A stretch of 64,000 nt of DNA from positions 39,353 through 103,352 of the forward strand of contig JAFLBG010000005.1 in the NCBI GenBank assembly GCA_017303975.1, written 5' to 3'. Source of the DNA: Bacteroidota bacterium (lineage in GTDB: Bacteria > Bacteroidota > Bacteroidia > JAFLBG01). The notes beneath the pieces are model-generated. The model searched no databases, was not told the origin of the DNA, and was given only the letters and a program-made list of their open reading frames with translations. Below, piece after piece: positions 10,374 to 21,008 of the stretch (position 1 is its first letter; every line of letters begins with the position of its first letter). Both the position numbers and the translations under genes were made by a program.

Positions 10374-10949
10374 GTGAAAATTGGTTTATTCTTTGGGTCG
10401 TTTAATCCTGTGCATATTGGGCATATGGTAATTGTTGGCCACATGGCAGAGTTTACCGATTTAGATGAGGTTTGGTTAGTTGTTTCTCCGCACAACCCCT
10501 TAAAAGAAAAAAGCTCGTTGTTGAATGACAAACATAGGTTGCAACTGGTAAAAGAAGCAATTGGAGATAATCTAAAAATAAAGGCCAGCAATATAGAATT
10601 CTCATTACCTCAGCCTTCATATACTATACATACATTAACATATTTAAAAGAAAAACACCCTTTGCATCAATTTGTGTTGCTTATGGGGAGCGATAATTTA
10701 GATACTTTTCACAAATGGAAAAACTATGAAATTATTCTAGAGAATTACGAGTTATATATATATCCCAGAAAAGAGGCCTCCGCGAGCAATTTGCAAAATC
10801 ATAAAAATGTAAAAATGATTGGCGCTCCACTCATGGAGCTCTCCTCTACTTTTATCAGAAATTCTATTAAAGAAAAAAAAGATGTTCGATATATGCTGCC
10901 GGATGCCGTTTATAAGTACATCAAAGAAATGCACTTTTACGAAAAGTAA
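10374..10949 (+). CDS. nadD: nicotinate-nucleotide adenylyltransferase
   Basis: GGSFNPVHIGH (HxGH nucleotidyltransferase motif), 191 aa; GTG start. Confidence 0.85.
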   Translation: MKIGLFFGSFNPVHIGHMVIVGHMAEFTDLDEVWLVVSPHNPLKEKSSLLNDKHRLQLVKEAIGDNLKIKASNIEFSLPQPSYTIHTLTYLKEKHPLHQFVLLMGSDNLDTFHKWKNYEIILENYELYIYPRKEASASNLQNHKNVKMIGAPLMELSSTFIRNSIKEKKDVRYMLPDAVYKYIKEMHFYEK

Positions 10950-10990
10950 TTCTTAAACGTTAACTTGTATATTCGTATTAAATAATAATT

Positions 10991-12427
10991 ATGTCAACAC
11001 AAACATTTTGGAGTAAAACAAAAATAGTAGCCACTATTGGCCCGGCATCCTCTAACAAAGATGTATTAAGAGATATGTTCCATGCAGGAGTTGATATTTG
11101 TCGTATCAATTTTTCTCATGGCTCTTACGATGTGGTGGGCGAAATTTTTTCAACCATACGCGAACTAAATAAAGAATTAAATTCGCATGTAGGTATTCTT
11201 GTTGATTTACAAGGGCCCAAACTTAGAATAGGCACCGTAGAAAACAATGGTGTTGATTTAATTGCCGGAAATAAACTTTTAATTACAACCAAAGAATGTA
11301 TAGGCACGGCAGAAAAGCTATATATAACCTATCCTGAATTTCCTAAAGATGTAGAGGTAGGAAATACAGTGCTGATTGATGATGGAAAAATTTTATTGAC
11401 CGTTCTAAAAACAAATGGGAAAGACGAAGTAGAAGCAGAAGTTGTAATTGGCGGACTTTTATCTTCTAAAAAAGGAGTAAATCTTCCAAACACAAAAATA
11501 TCGCTACCCTGCTTAACGCCTAAGGATATAGAGGATTTGAACTACGCATTGGAAAATGATGTAGAATGGGTTGGCTTATCATTTGTGCGCAGCGTTACCG
11601 ATGTGGTTGACTTAAAAGAATTAATAAAATCAAAAAAGAAAACTGCACGTGTAATTGCCAAAATAGAAAAGCCCGAAGCCATTCTTGAAATAGAAAACAT
11701 TATAGATATGGCGGATGCCATAATGGTAGCACGCGGAGATTTAGGCGTAGAGCTGCCCATGGAGCAAGTGCCTGTTATTCAAAAAATGCTGGTAAACAAA
11801 TGTATTCAGGCGTCAAAACCGGTAATTATTGCCACACAAATGATGGAGAGTATGATTACAAATTACTCCCCCACAAGAGCTGAAGTAAACGATGTGGCCA
11901 ACGCTGTGATGGATGGTGCAGATGCAGTAATGTTAAGCGGAGAAACCTCTGTTGGTAAGTACCCTGCTCGTGTAATAGAGTATATGCAAAAAATTATTCA
12001 CGAAGTAGAAAGAGAAGAGAATGTGTACTACCGAGAACATTCTCCTGTATTAAAAACACAAACTTTTATTTCTGATTCTATTTGCTACAATGCTTGTATA
12101 ATGGCTAAACAAGCCGGAGTTAAAGCAATTATCTCTATGACAAACTCGGGCTACACAGCGTTTAAATTATCTAGCCACCGACCCAAAGCAAACATCTTTA
12201 TTTTTACCGACAACAAATCACTACTTACTTCGTTGAGTTTGGTATGGGGCGTGCGAGGCTTTTACTACAACAAGTACGAAAGCACCGACAAAACAATTGC
12301 CGATTTAAAAAACTTTTTGAAGGACGAAGGGTATGTAAATGTTGATGATTTAATAATCAACATTGCCAGCATGCCAATGAAAGACAGAGGAAGAACAAAC
12401 ATGCTTAAATTAAGCTACATCAGCTAA
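10991..12427 (+). CDS. pyk: pyruvate kinase
   Basis: KIVATIGPAS...INFSHG, MVARGDLGVE, GETSVGKYP motifs. Confidence 0.9.
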   Translation: MSTQTFWSKTKIVATIGPASSNKDVLRDMFHAGVDICRINFSHGSYDVVGEIFSTIRELNKELNSHVGILVDLQGPKLRIGTVENNGVDLIAGNKLLITTKECIGTAEKLYITYPEFPKDVEVGNTVLIDDGKILLTVLKTNGKDEVEAEVVIGGLLSSKKGVNLPNTKISLPCLTPKDIEDLNYALENDVEWVGLSFVRSVTDVVDLKELIKSKKKTARVIAKIEKPEAILEIENIIDMADAIMVARGDLGVELPMEQVPVIQKMLVNKCIQASKPVIIATQMMESMITNYSPTRAEVNDVANAVMDGADAVMLSGETSVGKYPARVIEYMQKIIHEVEREENVYYREHSPVLKTQTFISDSICYNACIMAKQAGVKAIISMTNSGYTAFKLSSHRPKANIFIFTDNKSLLTSLSLVWGVRGFYYNKYESTDKTIADLKNFLKDEGYVNVDDLIINIASMPMKDRGRTNMLKLSYIS

Positions 12428-13490
12428 GGTAAATACACCCGCCTACACTATTTGATTTTGCGCCTGTTACACTTGCTAATGTGTTTGTGTTTTCGCCTAC
12501 ACGTAACACTCCTAAAAATGCAAATATCAATGCTTCTTTAAACTGAATTGTAGTGTCTGTTGGAATAACAATACTAGCCGAAGTATAGTGCTTCACACGT
12601 TTCACTAAAAAAGAATTGTATGCTCCGCCACCTGTCAGCAATACTTTCGTGCTTTTTGCACTTGCAATACTTGCTCCAATTTGCATAGCAATATGTTCAC
12701 AAAATGTAGCCAGTAAATCTGGAGGTGTTAATTTATACTTCTTTGTAATGGGAATGATTTTTTGCTCTACCCACTCCCTACCAAGGGATTTAGCGTGGTG
12801 TTGCATTTTGTAAAAGCTTAATTCATTTAATTGCTCCAACATTTTAAGATGAACCTTTCCCTTGGCTGCTTCTGCACCTTTGTTATCGTAAGGCTTTCCA
12901 AGCCGGGCAGCAAAATCATTCAATACTATATTTACGGGGCAAATATCATAGGCGATTCTTTGCTTATTGTGCTTATACGATACATTCGCAAAGCCACCTA
13001 AATTCAGACAAAAATCGTACTGCGGAAAAAGTAATTCATCTCCAATGGGAACTAAGGGAGCTCCTTGTCCTCCATTTGCAACATCTAACAAACGAAAATC
13101 GCACACCACAGGCATTTTAGCAACTGCTGCAATATGCGCCCCGGAACCAATTTGCAAGGTAAATCCATTTTGAGGTTGATGAAACACAGTATGTCCATGC
13201 GATGCAACATAATCTGCTTTAAGCTTGTGTTTTGTACAAAATGCATTTAGTTGTTGACCAATAAAAACACCAAAATCGGCATTTAGTTTAGTAAGTTGCA
13301 TGCCGTTTAATTTATGAGCATCTAACAATTTAATCCTCCACTTTGGAGAATACGAAATAGTTTTGGCAGCATTCACTTTATAATTCCAAATTCCATTCTT
13401 CTTACTAAATGTACAATGCGCAATATCCAACCCATCTAGTGAAGTACCCGACATTACTCCAATAATTGTTACCCTCGATGTAAGACTCAT
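12420..13490 (-). CDS. anmK: anhydro-N-acetylmuramic acid kinase
   Basis: GVMSGTSLDGLD N-terminal motif; the 388-aa ORF has a 32-codon non-conserved N-terminal extension, so the start was moved to the internal ATG at 13490; overlaps the pyk 3' end, convergent. Confidence 0.8.
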   Translation of the reverse strand: MSLTSRVTIIGVMSGTSLDGLDIAHCTFSKKNGIWNYKVNAAKTISYSPKWRIKLLDAHKLNGMQLTKLNADFGVFIGQQLNAFCTKHKLKADYVASHGHTVFHQPQNGFTLQIGSGAHIAAVAKMPVVCDFRLLDVANGGQGAPLVPIGDELLFPQYDFCLNLGGFANVSYKHNKQRIAYDICPVNIVLNDFAARLGKPYDNKGAEAAKGKVHLKMLEQLNELSFYKMQHHAKSLGREWVEQKIIPITKKYKLTPPDLLATFCEHIAMQIGASIASAKSTKVLLTGGGAYNSFLVKRVKHYTSASIVIPTDTTIQFKEALIFAFLGVLRVGENTNTLASVTGAKSNSVGGCIYLS

Positions 13491-13621
13491 GTTATTTCTC
13501 GACTTCTTTATATTTGAAATTGTAGTTGCTTGATTAAAAAAAACAATATATATTAAATTTTCAATTTTAAAAATACATCTATACAATTAACTACTTTAGT
13601 TAGATTACTAATTTTTTAGCA

Positions 13622-15352
13622 ATGGCAAAACGTATCATTTTAGCTTTTTTTATCGGAGCAACTACATTGCCCAACTTTTTTACGGCACAAAACCTCTATT
13701 TTATTGGAAAGGTTGGAGGTGGCGGTACAGATCAAGGTAATGGAATAGTTTCCGACAAATTTAATAACAGCTATACCATAGGAACGTTTGAAGGGACTGT
13801 AGATTTTGACCCAAGTGCCAATACATCAATACTAACCTCAAACGGAGGAACAGATATATTTGTGTTAAAGTTAAATTTTAACGGAGGCTTTGTTTGGGCA
13901 AAGACCTTTGGTGGTATTAACAATGATGAAGGAACATCTATAGCACTTGACTCTACAGGTAATATCTATTTTACAGGATCATTCAAAGACAGTGTTGATT
14001 TTGACCCTGGAAGTGGAGTATATAACTTAGCATCTGTAGGATTTGAAGATATTTACGTGTGTAAACTAAATCCACAAGGAAATTTAATTTGGGCAAAGAC
14101 TATCGGTAGTGCTGACACTGATGCTTCAACAGCAATAACCTTAAGTGATTCGGGGTATGTGTACCTCACAGGATATTTTAATGACCCTGCAGATTTCGAC
14201 CCAAATACTGGAACTACAACGCTAACACCATCGGGCATAAATGATGCTTTTGTATGTAAGCTAGATACTTCGGGCAATTTTAATTGGGCAAAAAACATAG
14301 GTGGCACATTTTCTACACGTGCAAAATCTATTCAAGTTGATAATGTAGGTGCAATATATCTTGTCGGACAATTTGATTTTACAACCGATTTCGACCCTAG
14401 TCCTGCAAGCTCTTATTCAATTACCTCTTGGGGACAAACAGATGCTTTTGTTGTTAAATTAGACGCAAGCGGAAATTTAATTTGGGCTAAAAAACTAGGA
14501 GGATTGAGTGGAGAAGCCGCAACTGCATTAGCCCTATCACCCACATTTAATCATGTTTATATAGCCGGCTACTTTTCAGGAAGTGCTGATTTCGACCCCA
14601 GCAGCTCAAACTTTACACTTACTTCTAATGGATCGAGAGATATTTTTATATGCCAGTTAGACTCATCAGGCAATTTTAATTGGGCAAATCAAATCGGAGG
14701 CACATCTGTTTCCTATTTCGATGAACCTTATGGGATTTGTGCAAATTCAACAGGAGCATACTTCACAGGAAAAATTGGGGGTGGAGGAGCTATAGATTTT
14801 GACCCAAGTAACGCAACATATTTACTTACTCCAATTGGCAATTACGATATTTTTGTTTGCAAATTAAATACAAATGGATCTTTTGGTGGAGCATATAATG
14901 TTGGGGGAACTGCGCCCATCACAAAAAAAGGAAACGCAATCACATTAGACTCATGGGGAAACATACTAACCACAGGAGCATTTGCAGGAACTGTTGATTT
15001 CGACCCTGGATCAAGCAGTAATAATCTAGTAGCTTCCGGACCAACGGATTGCTTTATTCATAGCGTTACACAATCTGCTCTTTCAATTAATGATATCGAG
15101 AGACAAAACCAAGCCTTTCTTTTGTTTCCTAATCCAGCTAATGGGTTCATTCAACTAGTTATTCCACAAGAATATAGTGCTGATGAAGTAGTTGTTGTAA
15201 ATGCATTAGGAACAACGCTACTAAGTTATTCTATTAACCAAAACGAAAGCACGATTCAAATCAACATCACCTCTATTTCGGACAACCTATCATTTGTTCA
15301 ACTAAAAAACAAAGGTGTAACGCTTGCAACTCAAAAGTTGGTTATTTACTAA
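13622..15352 (+). CDS. secreted SBBP (beta-propeller) repeat protein with type-A T9SS C-terminal sorting domain
   Basis: signal peptide; at least 8 tandem ~50-aa repeats of the form G..D.G..I..D..GN.Y.TG.F....DFDP; C-terminal FLLFPNPANG...QLKNKGVTLATQKLVIY CTD. Confidence 0.75.
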   Translation: MAKRIILAFFIGATTLPNFFTAQNLYFIGKVGGGGTDQGNGIVSDKFNNSYTIGTFEGTVDFDPSANTSILTSNGGTDIFVLKLNFNGGFVWAKTFGGINNDEGTSIALDSTGNIYFTGSFKDSVDFDPGSGVYNLASVGFEDIYVCKLNPQGNLIWAKTIGSADTDASTAITLSDSGYVYLTGYFNDPADFDPNTGTTTLTPSGINDAFVCKLDTSGNFNWAKNIGGTFSTRAKSIQVDNVGAIYLVGQFDFTTDFDPSPASSYSITSWGQTDAFVVKLDASGNLIWAKKLGGLSGEAATALALSPTFNHVYIAGYFSGSADFDPSSSNFTLTSNGSRDIFICQLDSSGNFNWANQIGGTSVSYFDEPYGICANSTGAYFTGKIGGGGAIDFDPSNATYLLTPIGNYDIFVCKLNTNGSFGGAYNVGGTAPITKKGNAITLDSWGNILTTGAFAGTVDFDPGSSSNNLVASGPTDCFIHSVTQSALSINDIERQNQAFLLFPNPANGFIQLVIPQEYSADEVVVVNALGTTLLSYSINQNESTIQINITSISDNLSFVQLKNKGVTLATQKLVIY

Positions 15353-15449
15353 TACCAACCATTTCACTGAACTTTATTTCTATAAACCTGTTTATATTTT
15401 GCTAAAATTCCTGTACGTTTGTTAATCAATAACTTAAACTAAACTATTT

Positions 15450-16589
15450 ATGTTTTTTCAACTATCAGAAGAGCATTTACTAATACAAAAAGCAGCGCGC
15501 AATTTTGCAAACGATGTATTAAAACCCGGAGTAATTGAGCGCGATGAGCATCAAAAATTTCCGGAGAAAGAAATAAAAGAACTGGGCAAGCTTGGCTTTT
15601 TAGGAATGATGGTTGACCCCAAATACGGTGGTGGTGGAATGGATACCATTTCCTATGTGTTGGCAATGGAAGAAATATCTAAAGTTGACGCCTCTGCATC
15701 GGTAGTGATGTCTGTAAACAACTCTCTTGTTTGTTGGGGATTAGAACAGTTTGGAACAGAGGAACAAAAACAAAAATATTTAACTCGTTTAACTACCGGA
15801 GAAATTATAGGCGCATTCTGTTTATCAGAGCCGGAAGCAGGTTCCGATGCTACCTCACAGCGCACTACTGCTATTGACAAAGGCGACCATTATTTATTAA
15901 ACGGAACAAAAAACTGGATTACAAACGGAAGCAGCGCTTCTGTATATTTAGTAATTGCACAAACCTATCCGGAAAAAGGACACAAAGGAATTAATGCATT
16001 TATTGTTGAGCGCGGAATGCCGGGCTTTCAAATTGGTCCTAAGGAAAACAAACTAGGAATTAGAGGATCCGATACGCATTCATTGATGTTTACCGATGTA
16101 AAAGTTCCAAAAGAAAATAGGATTGGAGAAGATGGTTTTGGATTTAAGTTTGCCATGAAAACCTTAGCCGGTGGGCGAATTGGAATTGCATCACAAGCAT
16201 TAGGTATTGCATCCGGAGCATATGAACTAGCATTGGCTTATTCAAAAGAAAGAAAAGCATTTGGAAAAACAATTTCACAACACCAAGCTATCCAGTTTAA
16301 ACTAGCCGATATGGCCACTGAAATTGAAGCAGCTCGATTACTATGCTTAAAAGCTGCTTGGTTAAAAGATCGTCATTTAGATTACGTATCTGCAGGTGCA
16401 ATGGCAAAAGTTTTTGCATCAAGAGTTGCTATGGAAGTAACTGTAGAAGCGGTTCAAGTGCATGGTGGATATGGGTTTGTAAAAGAATACCATGTAGAAC
16501 GTTTAATGCGTGATGCAAAAATTACACAAATTTATGAAGGAACAACAGAGGTGCAAAAAATTGTAATCTCTAGATCGGTATTGGCATAG
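15450..16589 (+). CDS. acyl-CoA dehydrogenase (short/butyryl-chain type)
   Basis: full-length ACAD motifs (GAFCLSEPEAGSDA, IYEGTTEVQ), 379 aa. Confidence 0.9.
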   Translation: MFFQLSEEHLLIQKAARNFANDVLKPGVIERDEHQKFPEKEIKELGKLGFLGMMVDPKYGGGGMDTISYVLAMEEISKVDASASVVMSVNNSLVCWGLEQFGTEEQKQKYLTRLTTGEIIGAFCLSEPEAGSDATSQRTTAIDKGDHYLLNGTKNWITNGSSASVYLVIAQTYPEKGHKGINAFIVERGMPGFQIGPKENKLGIRGSDTHSLMFTDVKVPKENRIGEDGFGFKFAMKTLAGGRIGIASQALGIASGAYELALAYSKERKAFGKTISQHQAIQFKLADMATEIEAARLLCLKAAWLKDRHLDYVSAGAMAKVFASRVAMEVTVEAVQVHGGYGFVKEYHVERLMRDAKITQIYEGTTEVQKIVISRSVLA

Positions 16590-16602
16590 AATATTTTTTA
16601 TA

Positions 16603-17973
16603 ATGATAAAAAACTTTTTCGGGGTACTATCCCTCGTATTTATAGCTTTTTTAGGGAAAGCACAACAAAGTAACATAATCTTGTCAGGAAAAATTATGCA
16701 TGCTAAAGCCGATTCAGGCTTTATTGCCGACCCAAATAAAAAAACGGTAGCTATATTTAATGTTTCCAAAAAGGGAGAGTTCAACACCACATTTTATGCC
16801 ACAAGTGGGTATTATACTTTCAATTATGGCGAGGAATATACCAATGTTTATTTGAAACCCGGATTTAACCTACAAATTACACTCGACACCAAAGAGTTTG
16901 ATGAGAGTATAAAATACAAAGGTGTAGGGGCTGCCGAAAATAATTATTTAGCCGAAAAACTATTGTTAGATGCTAAGTTGGAAAAAGTAAACAATTACGA
17001 ATACTACGGAAAACTAACAGAGGCCCCCTTCCTACAACTTACCGACTCTGTATACAAATTATATGTTAATTTATTTAACGCGCACAAAGATTTTTGCTCC
17101 GATTTTCGAGAGCTCGAACTAAACAAACTACTCATTAGTAAAACATTTAAACTTGCAGATTATAGAATGATTCATGCCTACGTTACTAAAAATGACTCAT
17201 TTAAAACCTCTTCTAGTTATCCAAATCCATATGCAGATTTTGATGTGAATAACGATAAATTATTGAGTATGCCCGGCTTCATTGAACTTTTAGAAAGATA
17301 CTATAACGAAAAATACAGTAATGGCGCAAAAGACTCTTCCGACTATTTTCTTTCGTACTTAAATTTTCTTGACAAAACGGTTGAAAATAAAATTATAAAA
17401 GAAGAATTAGCCTTTAAATCTGCTAAAATGGGCATTAGCTACACAAAAGAATTAAATCAATATTACAATCTTTATACATCAATAGCTACGAATAAGGAGC
17501 AAAAGGAACGCATTGCAATAAAGTACGAAAAACTAAAAAAAATAACCAGAGGCCTACCGTCTCCAAAATTTGAATTGGTGGACATAAACGGTAAGATGGT
17601 TAGCCTTGACAACCTTAAAGGAAAATACGTATATATTGATGTTTGGGCAACTTGGTGTGGACCCTGCAAAAGAGAAATTCCGCATTTGAAAAAGTTGGAA
17701 GATGATTTCCATTCAAAAAATATTGCTTTTGTAAGTATTTGTGTGTTCGATAAAAAAAATAATTGGGAGAAAATGGTGAAAGAAAAAGAATTAAAAGGAA
17801 TTCAATTATTTACCGACAATAAGGAAGAACCATTCATCAAAAGTTATGTAATAGAAGGCGTTCCGCGCTTTATATTGTTAGATACCGATGGAAATATTAT
17901 TGACTCTAACGCATCAAGACCATCGGAGCCAACAACAAAATCTACACTCGAAAAATTAGTTGGGAAAAACTAA
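16603..17973 (+). CDS. TlpA/ResA-like thiol-disulfide oxidoreductase with a ~320-aa N-terminal domain of unknown function; secreted
   Basis: signal peptide; C-terminal thioredoxin fold with WATWCGPCKREIPHL (CxxC). Confidence 0.8.
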   Translation: MIKNFFGVLSLVFIAFLGKAQQSNIILSGKIMHAKADSGFIADPNKKTVAIFNVSKKGEFNTTFYATSGYYTFNYGEEYTNVYLKPGFNLQITLDTKEFDESIKYKGVGAAENNYLAEKLLLDAKLEKVNNYEYYGKLTEAPFLQLTDSVYKLYVNLFNAHKDFCSDFRELELNKLLISKTFKLADYRMIHAYVTKNDSFKTSSSYPNPYADFDVNNDKLLSMPGFIELLERYYNEKYSNGAKDSSDYFLSYLNFLDKTVENKIIKEELAFKSAKMGISYTKELNQYYNLYTSIATNKEQKERIAIKYEKLKKITRGLPSPKFELVDINGKMVSLDNLKGKYVYIDVWATWCGPCKREIPHLKKLEDDFHSKNIAFVSICVFDKKNNWEKMVKEKELKGIQLFTDNKEEPFIKSYVIEGVPRFILLDTDGNIIDSNASRPSEPTTKSTLEKLVGKN

Positions 17974-18626
17974 GCTTGTTTAGCCTTATTTATTTTGAAC
18001 ACTTTCTTTACAATAGATATAATTGTAGTTGCGAGTATGGCGCCTAATGTGGCCAAAAACATATCTTTTTGTGCATCCCAAATATCACCTTGTGTGCCTA
18101 AATAAGCATCTCCTTGTGCTTTAAAGAACACATCTGCAACAGCCCATTCTATGAGCTCGTACAATCCACTAATGGAAAGGGTAATCTCAATTGGTAATGC
18201 CCAAGATACCCATGTAGGAAATTTAAGCCAGTTCATAAACGCCTCTCGTAATGGATAGGCTAATAAAAAACCAAAACTAAAATGCACTATTCTATCGTAA
18301 TGATTTCTTTCTGACTGAAACACCCCCTGAAGCCAATAACCAAAAGGATTTTCGGCATAGGTATATTTTGAACCATATACATGCAAACTTAAATACACAC
18401 AAAAAAGTAAACAACTTAAATCGCTAAATTGATGTTTTCTATACGTAAAAATTAAAAAGAATAGAAACAGAAAAACAAGCGTGTTTTCTAAAATCCAGTT
18501 ACTAATGTCTGAAGTACCAATAAATGAAGAAACCCAAACCGATAGAAAAGCAATTATAAATAACTGCAACCACCTATTTGAAAGCAGCGGTGTTCTAAAA
18601 TCGGAAATTGCATTTGAAAACTTCAT
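17970..18626 (-). CDS. small polytopic membrane protein, function unknown
   Basis: about 6 hydrophobic segments; 6-nt gap downstream of the desaturase gene on the same strand. Confidence 0.5.
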   Translation of the reverse strand: MKFSNAISDFRTPLLSNRWLQLFIIAFLSVWVSSFIGTSDISNWILENTLVFLFLFFLIFTYRKHQFSDLSCLLFCVYLSLHVYGSKYTYAENPFGYWLQGVFQSERNHYDRIVHFSFGFLLAYPLREAFMNWLKFPTWVSWALPIEITLSISGLYELIEWAVADVFFKAQGDAYLGTQGDIWDAQKDMFLATLGAILATTIISIVKKVFKINKAKQA

Positions 18627-18632
18627 TGAAAA

Positions 18633-19697
18633 CTAGGCTACACCTACTCGCTTTAAATATAGTAAATGTGATTTTACAGCCGATACAACTGTAGGAAACT
18701 CTTTGTATGCAACATTAAACTCTTTACATGTATCCTTAAGAATCTGGTTTATCTTTGGATAATGTACATGACTAATTTTAGGGAATAAATGGTGTTCTAC
18801 TTGAAAATTTAAGCCTCCCAACATCCAAGTAACAATTTTACTTTTTGTGGCAAAGTTAGCAGTGGTATTAATTTGATGAATAGCCCATTCTGTATCCACC
18901 ACTCGCTCTCCAGACTTTACGAAGCTTACATCTTCGATAACGTGTGCCAGTTGAAAAACAACTGCAATTGTTAAACCTGTAACAAAAACCGCAATACCGT
19001 AGCCAACAAGCGTTTGAACAAATCCAACAAAATAAATAGGCAATACTAAAAACGCAGCAATATAAAATAGTTTTGTTACCCAAAAAATAACATGTTCCTT
19101 TAAAGACATTTTTTGAAGCTTGGTATCAATAGCTATTTTACTTGAAAAATATTTTTTGAAATCTTGATAAAAAATCCAAAATAGATAGGTAACTCCGTAC
19201 AAAAGGAGCCCATAAATATGTTGGAATCTGTGAAACCAATATTTCTTCTGTTCTAAATGAATGCGCATAAATGGACGGATATCAATATCATCATCCAACC
19301 CTTCCACATTAGTGAAGGTATGGTGATTTACATTGTGTTTCAACTTCCATAAATAGGTTGCGCCCCCCATCATATTGAGTGAGTATGCCATTGTTTCGTT
19401 TAACCATTTGTACTTTGAGTAGCTGCCATGAGCACCATCGTGCATAATATTAAAACCAATTAATGCCATGCATAATCCTAAAAAAGAACAAATTGCTATG
19501 CTTATTAATATTGATGGAGTAAAAAACACAAGGATAATATAAGATGCAAAAAATGCAGCTAAAAGAATTACTGTCTTAGCATACAACTTGAAATTCCCGG
19601 TTGATTTAATATTATTTTGTTTAAAATAAGAATCGACTCTTTTTCGAAGCTCGGAAAAGAATACCATGTTTTGAGTAGAAAATTTAACTGTTGACAT
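18633..19697 (-). CDS. membrane fatty-acid desaturase, front-end/delta-6-like with a QxxHH third histidine box
   Basis: three His boxes HDGAH, HNVNHH and QVEHH with the TM topology typical of di-iron desaturases. Confidence 0.8.
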   Translation of the reverse strand: MSTVKFSTQNMVFFSELRKRVDSYFKQNNIKSTGNFKLYAKTVILLAAFFASYIILVFFTPSILISIAICSFLGLCMALIGFNIMHDGAHGSYSKYKWLNETMAYSLNMMGGATYLWKLKHNVNHHTFTNVEGLDDDIDIRPFMRIHLEQKKYWFHRFQHIYGLLLYGVTYLFWIFYQDFKKYFSSKIAIDTKLQKMSLKEHVIFWVTKLFYIAAFLVLPIYFVGFVQTLVGYGIAVFVTGLTIAVVFQLAHVIEDVSFVKSGERVVDTEWAIHQINTTANFATKSKIVTWMLGGLNFQVEHHLFPKISHVHYPKINQILKDTCKEFNVAYKEFPTVVSAVKSHLLYLKRVGVA

Positions 19698-19769
19698 TAT
19701 ACATTTACTTTAATACGTGAATTTAAGCAAATAAAGCCCTTTTTACAATTTAAACTAATTATTTAACAC

Positions 19770-20951
19770 TTATTTTATTAACCGTGATTTGCTCGAAAAA
19801 TTTAATTGTTGTCCGGAAACACCTTCAATCAAAACAACACCGGGCTTTTTGCCTTTCTCAAAGCTACCGAACTGTTTTTCGACTCCCAAATATTTTGCCC
19901 CATTGTAGGTTGCTTGCTTAATAAGTATTTCCAGCGAAACTGAGGGAATCGCATTTTGTATTGTTTTAATTTCTTCGAAAATCGATAGTCCATTATTAGA
20001 AGCTAGACTATCTGTCCCAATTGTAATTTGAGCATTCCCCTCCAAAAACAAAGTAAAATCAGGCAATTTATTCTCTATGTACAAATTTGCTTTGGGACAA
20101 AAGCACCAAAACAACTGTTCCATTTCCCAATTGTGCAGCGCCCAAGCAATATCTTCTTTTGATGTGAACGTATTGTGTACCAGCAATAGATTGCTGCCTT
20201 TTTTAAACAGCGGAAGTATCGATTGCAAAGAACTTTTCCCGGTAGCTTTCCAAAAGTCAGTCTCAATGCCAAATGCATGTAATCTGTCTAAAACAGCACC
20301 TTGCTTCTCTTTAAAAAATAAATTTTCATTCTCCGATTCTTGATTGTGTATAGTAAGCAATTTGTTATCTATTTGATTTATCTTCTCCATCAGCTTTCTA
20401 GACAGCGAATATGGGGCATGTGGTGTTATAGAAACGTGTTCGGAAATGTTCTTTTTGTAAAAATCATACAACTGCATGCCATGGGAAAATGCTGCTTCTG
20501 CTCTATTTGGATGAAAGCCATACAATTCAATAAAAGTATGATAATGTATCTTATCGTTTCTTTTGCAAGCAAATGAATGATTTGTATTCGAAATGTCTCC
20601 AACGGCAACAATTCCATTTGCGTGCATTTCAGCAGAAGCATTTTCAATGGCCAACATAATTTGTTCCGTGGTGAAATTATTTCGCACCTCAGTTAATTGC
20701 TGAATAAAGGTATCTAGTCCTGTCTGTGGCTTAATTAAGCCTTTTAAATAGGATAGTTCTAAATGGCAATGTGTATTCACAAAGCCGGGGCAGATAGCTC
20801 CCTTGTATTTTGAAATTTTAGTTTTATCACCAAAAAATTTATCTTCCTGCAACACTTCTATCACGGTTCCATCGTTCTCAACAACCACAATACCATTAGG
20901 GATAACCCCATTGGAAACTGTGTAAAGTAAATCGGCTTGAAAAAATTGCAT
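19770..20951 (-). CDS. amidohydrolase-superfamily metal-dependent hydrolase (deaminase/chlorohydrolase-like)
   Basis: GFVNTHCHLELS metal-binding HxH motif near the N-terminus, 393 aa. Confidence 0.7.
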   Translation of the reverse strand: MQFFQADLLYTVSNGVIPNGIVVVENDGTVIEVLQEDKFFGDKTKISKYKGAICPGFVNTHCHLELSYLKGLIKPQTGLDTFIQQLTEVRNNFTTEQIMLAIENASAEMHANGIVAVGDISNTNHSFACKRNDKIHYHTFIELYGFHPNRAEAAFSHGMQLYDFYKKNISEHVSITPHAPYSLSRKLMEKINQIDNKLLTIHNQESENENLFFKEKQGAVLDRLHAFGIETDFWKATGKSSLQSILPLFKKGSNLLLVHNTFTSKEDIAWALHNWEMEQLFWCFCPKANLYIENKLPDFTLFLEGNAQITIGTDSLASNNGLSIFEEIKTIQNAIPSVSLEILIKQATYNGAKYLGVEKQFGSFEKGKKPGVVLIEGVSGQQLNFSSKSRLIK

Positions 20952-21008
20952 ATCTAAAAGTACAAAGTAAATAACATCTTTAGTATTTAAGTCAACTAAA
21001 TTACTGCT

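Noticed and set aside
13491-13586. N-terminal 32-codon extension of anmK (MYRCIFKIENLIYIVFFNQATTISNIKKSRNN)
   Set aside because: It is not similar to AnmK N-termini, which begin at ...GVMSGTSLDG. The region is AT-rich promoter-like sequence, so the internal ATG is the more plausible start.
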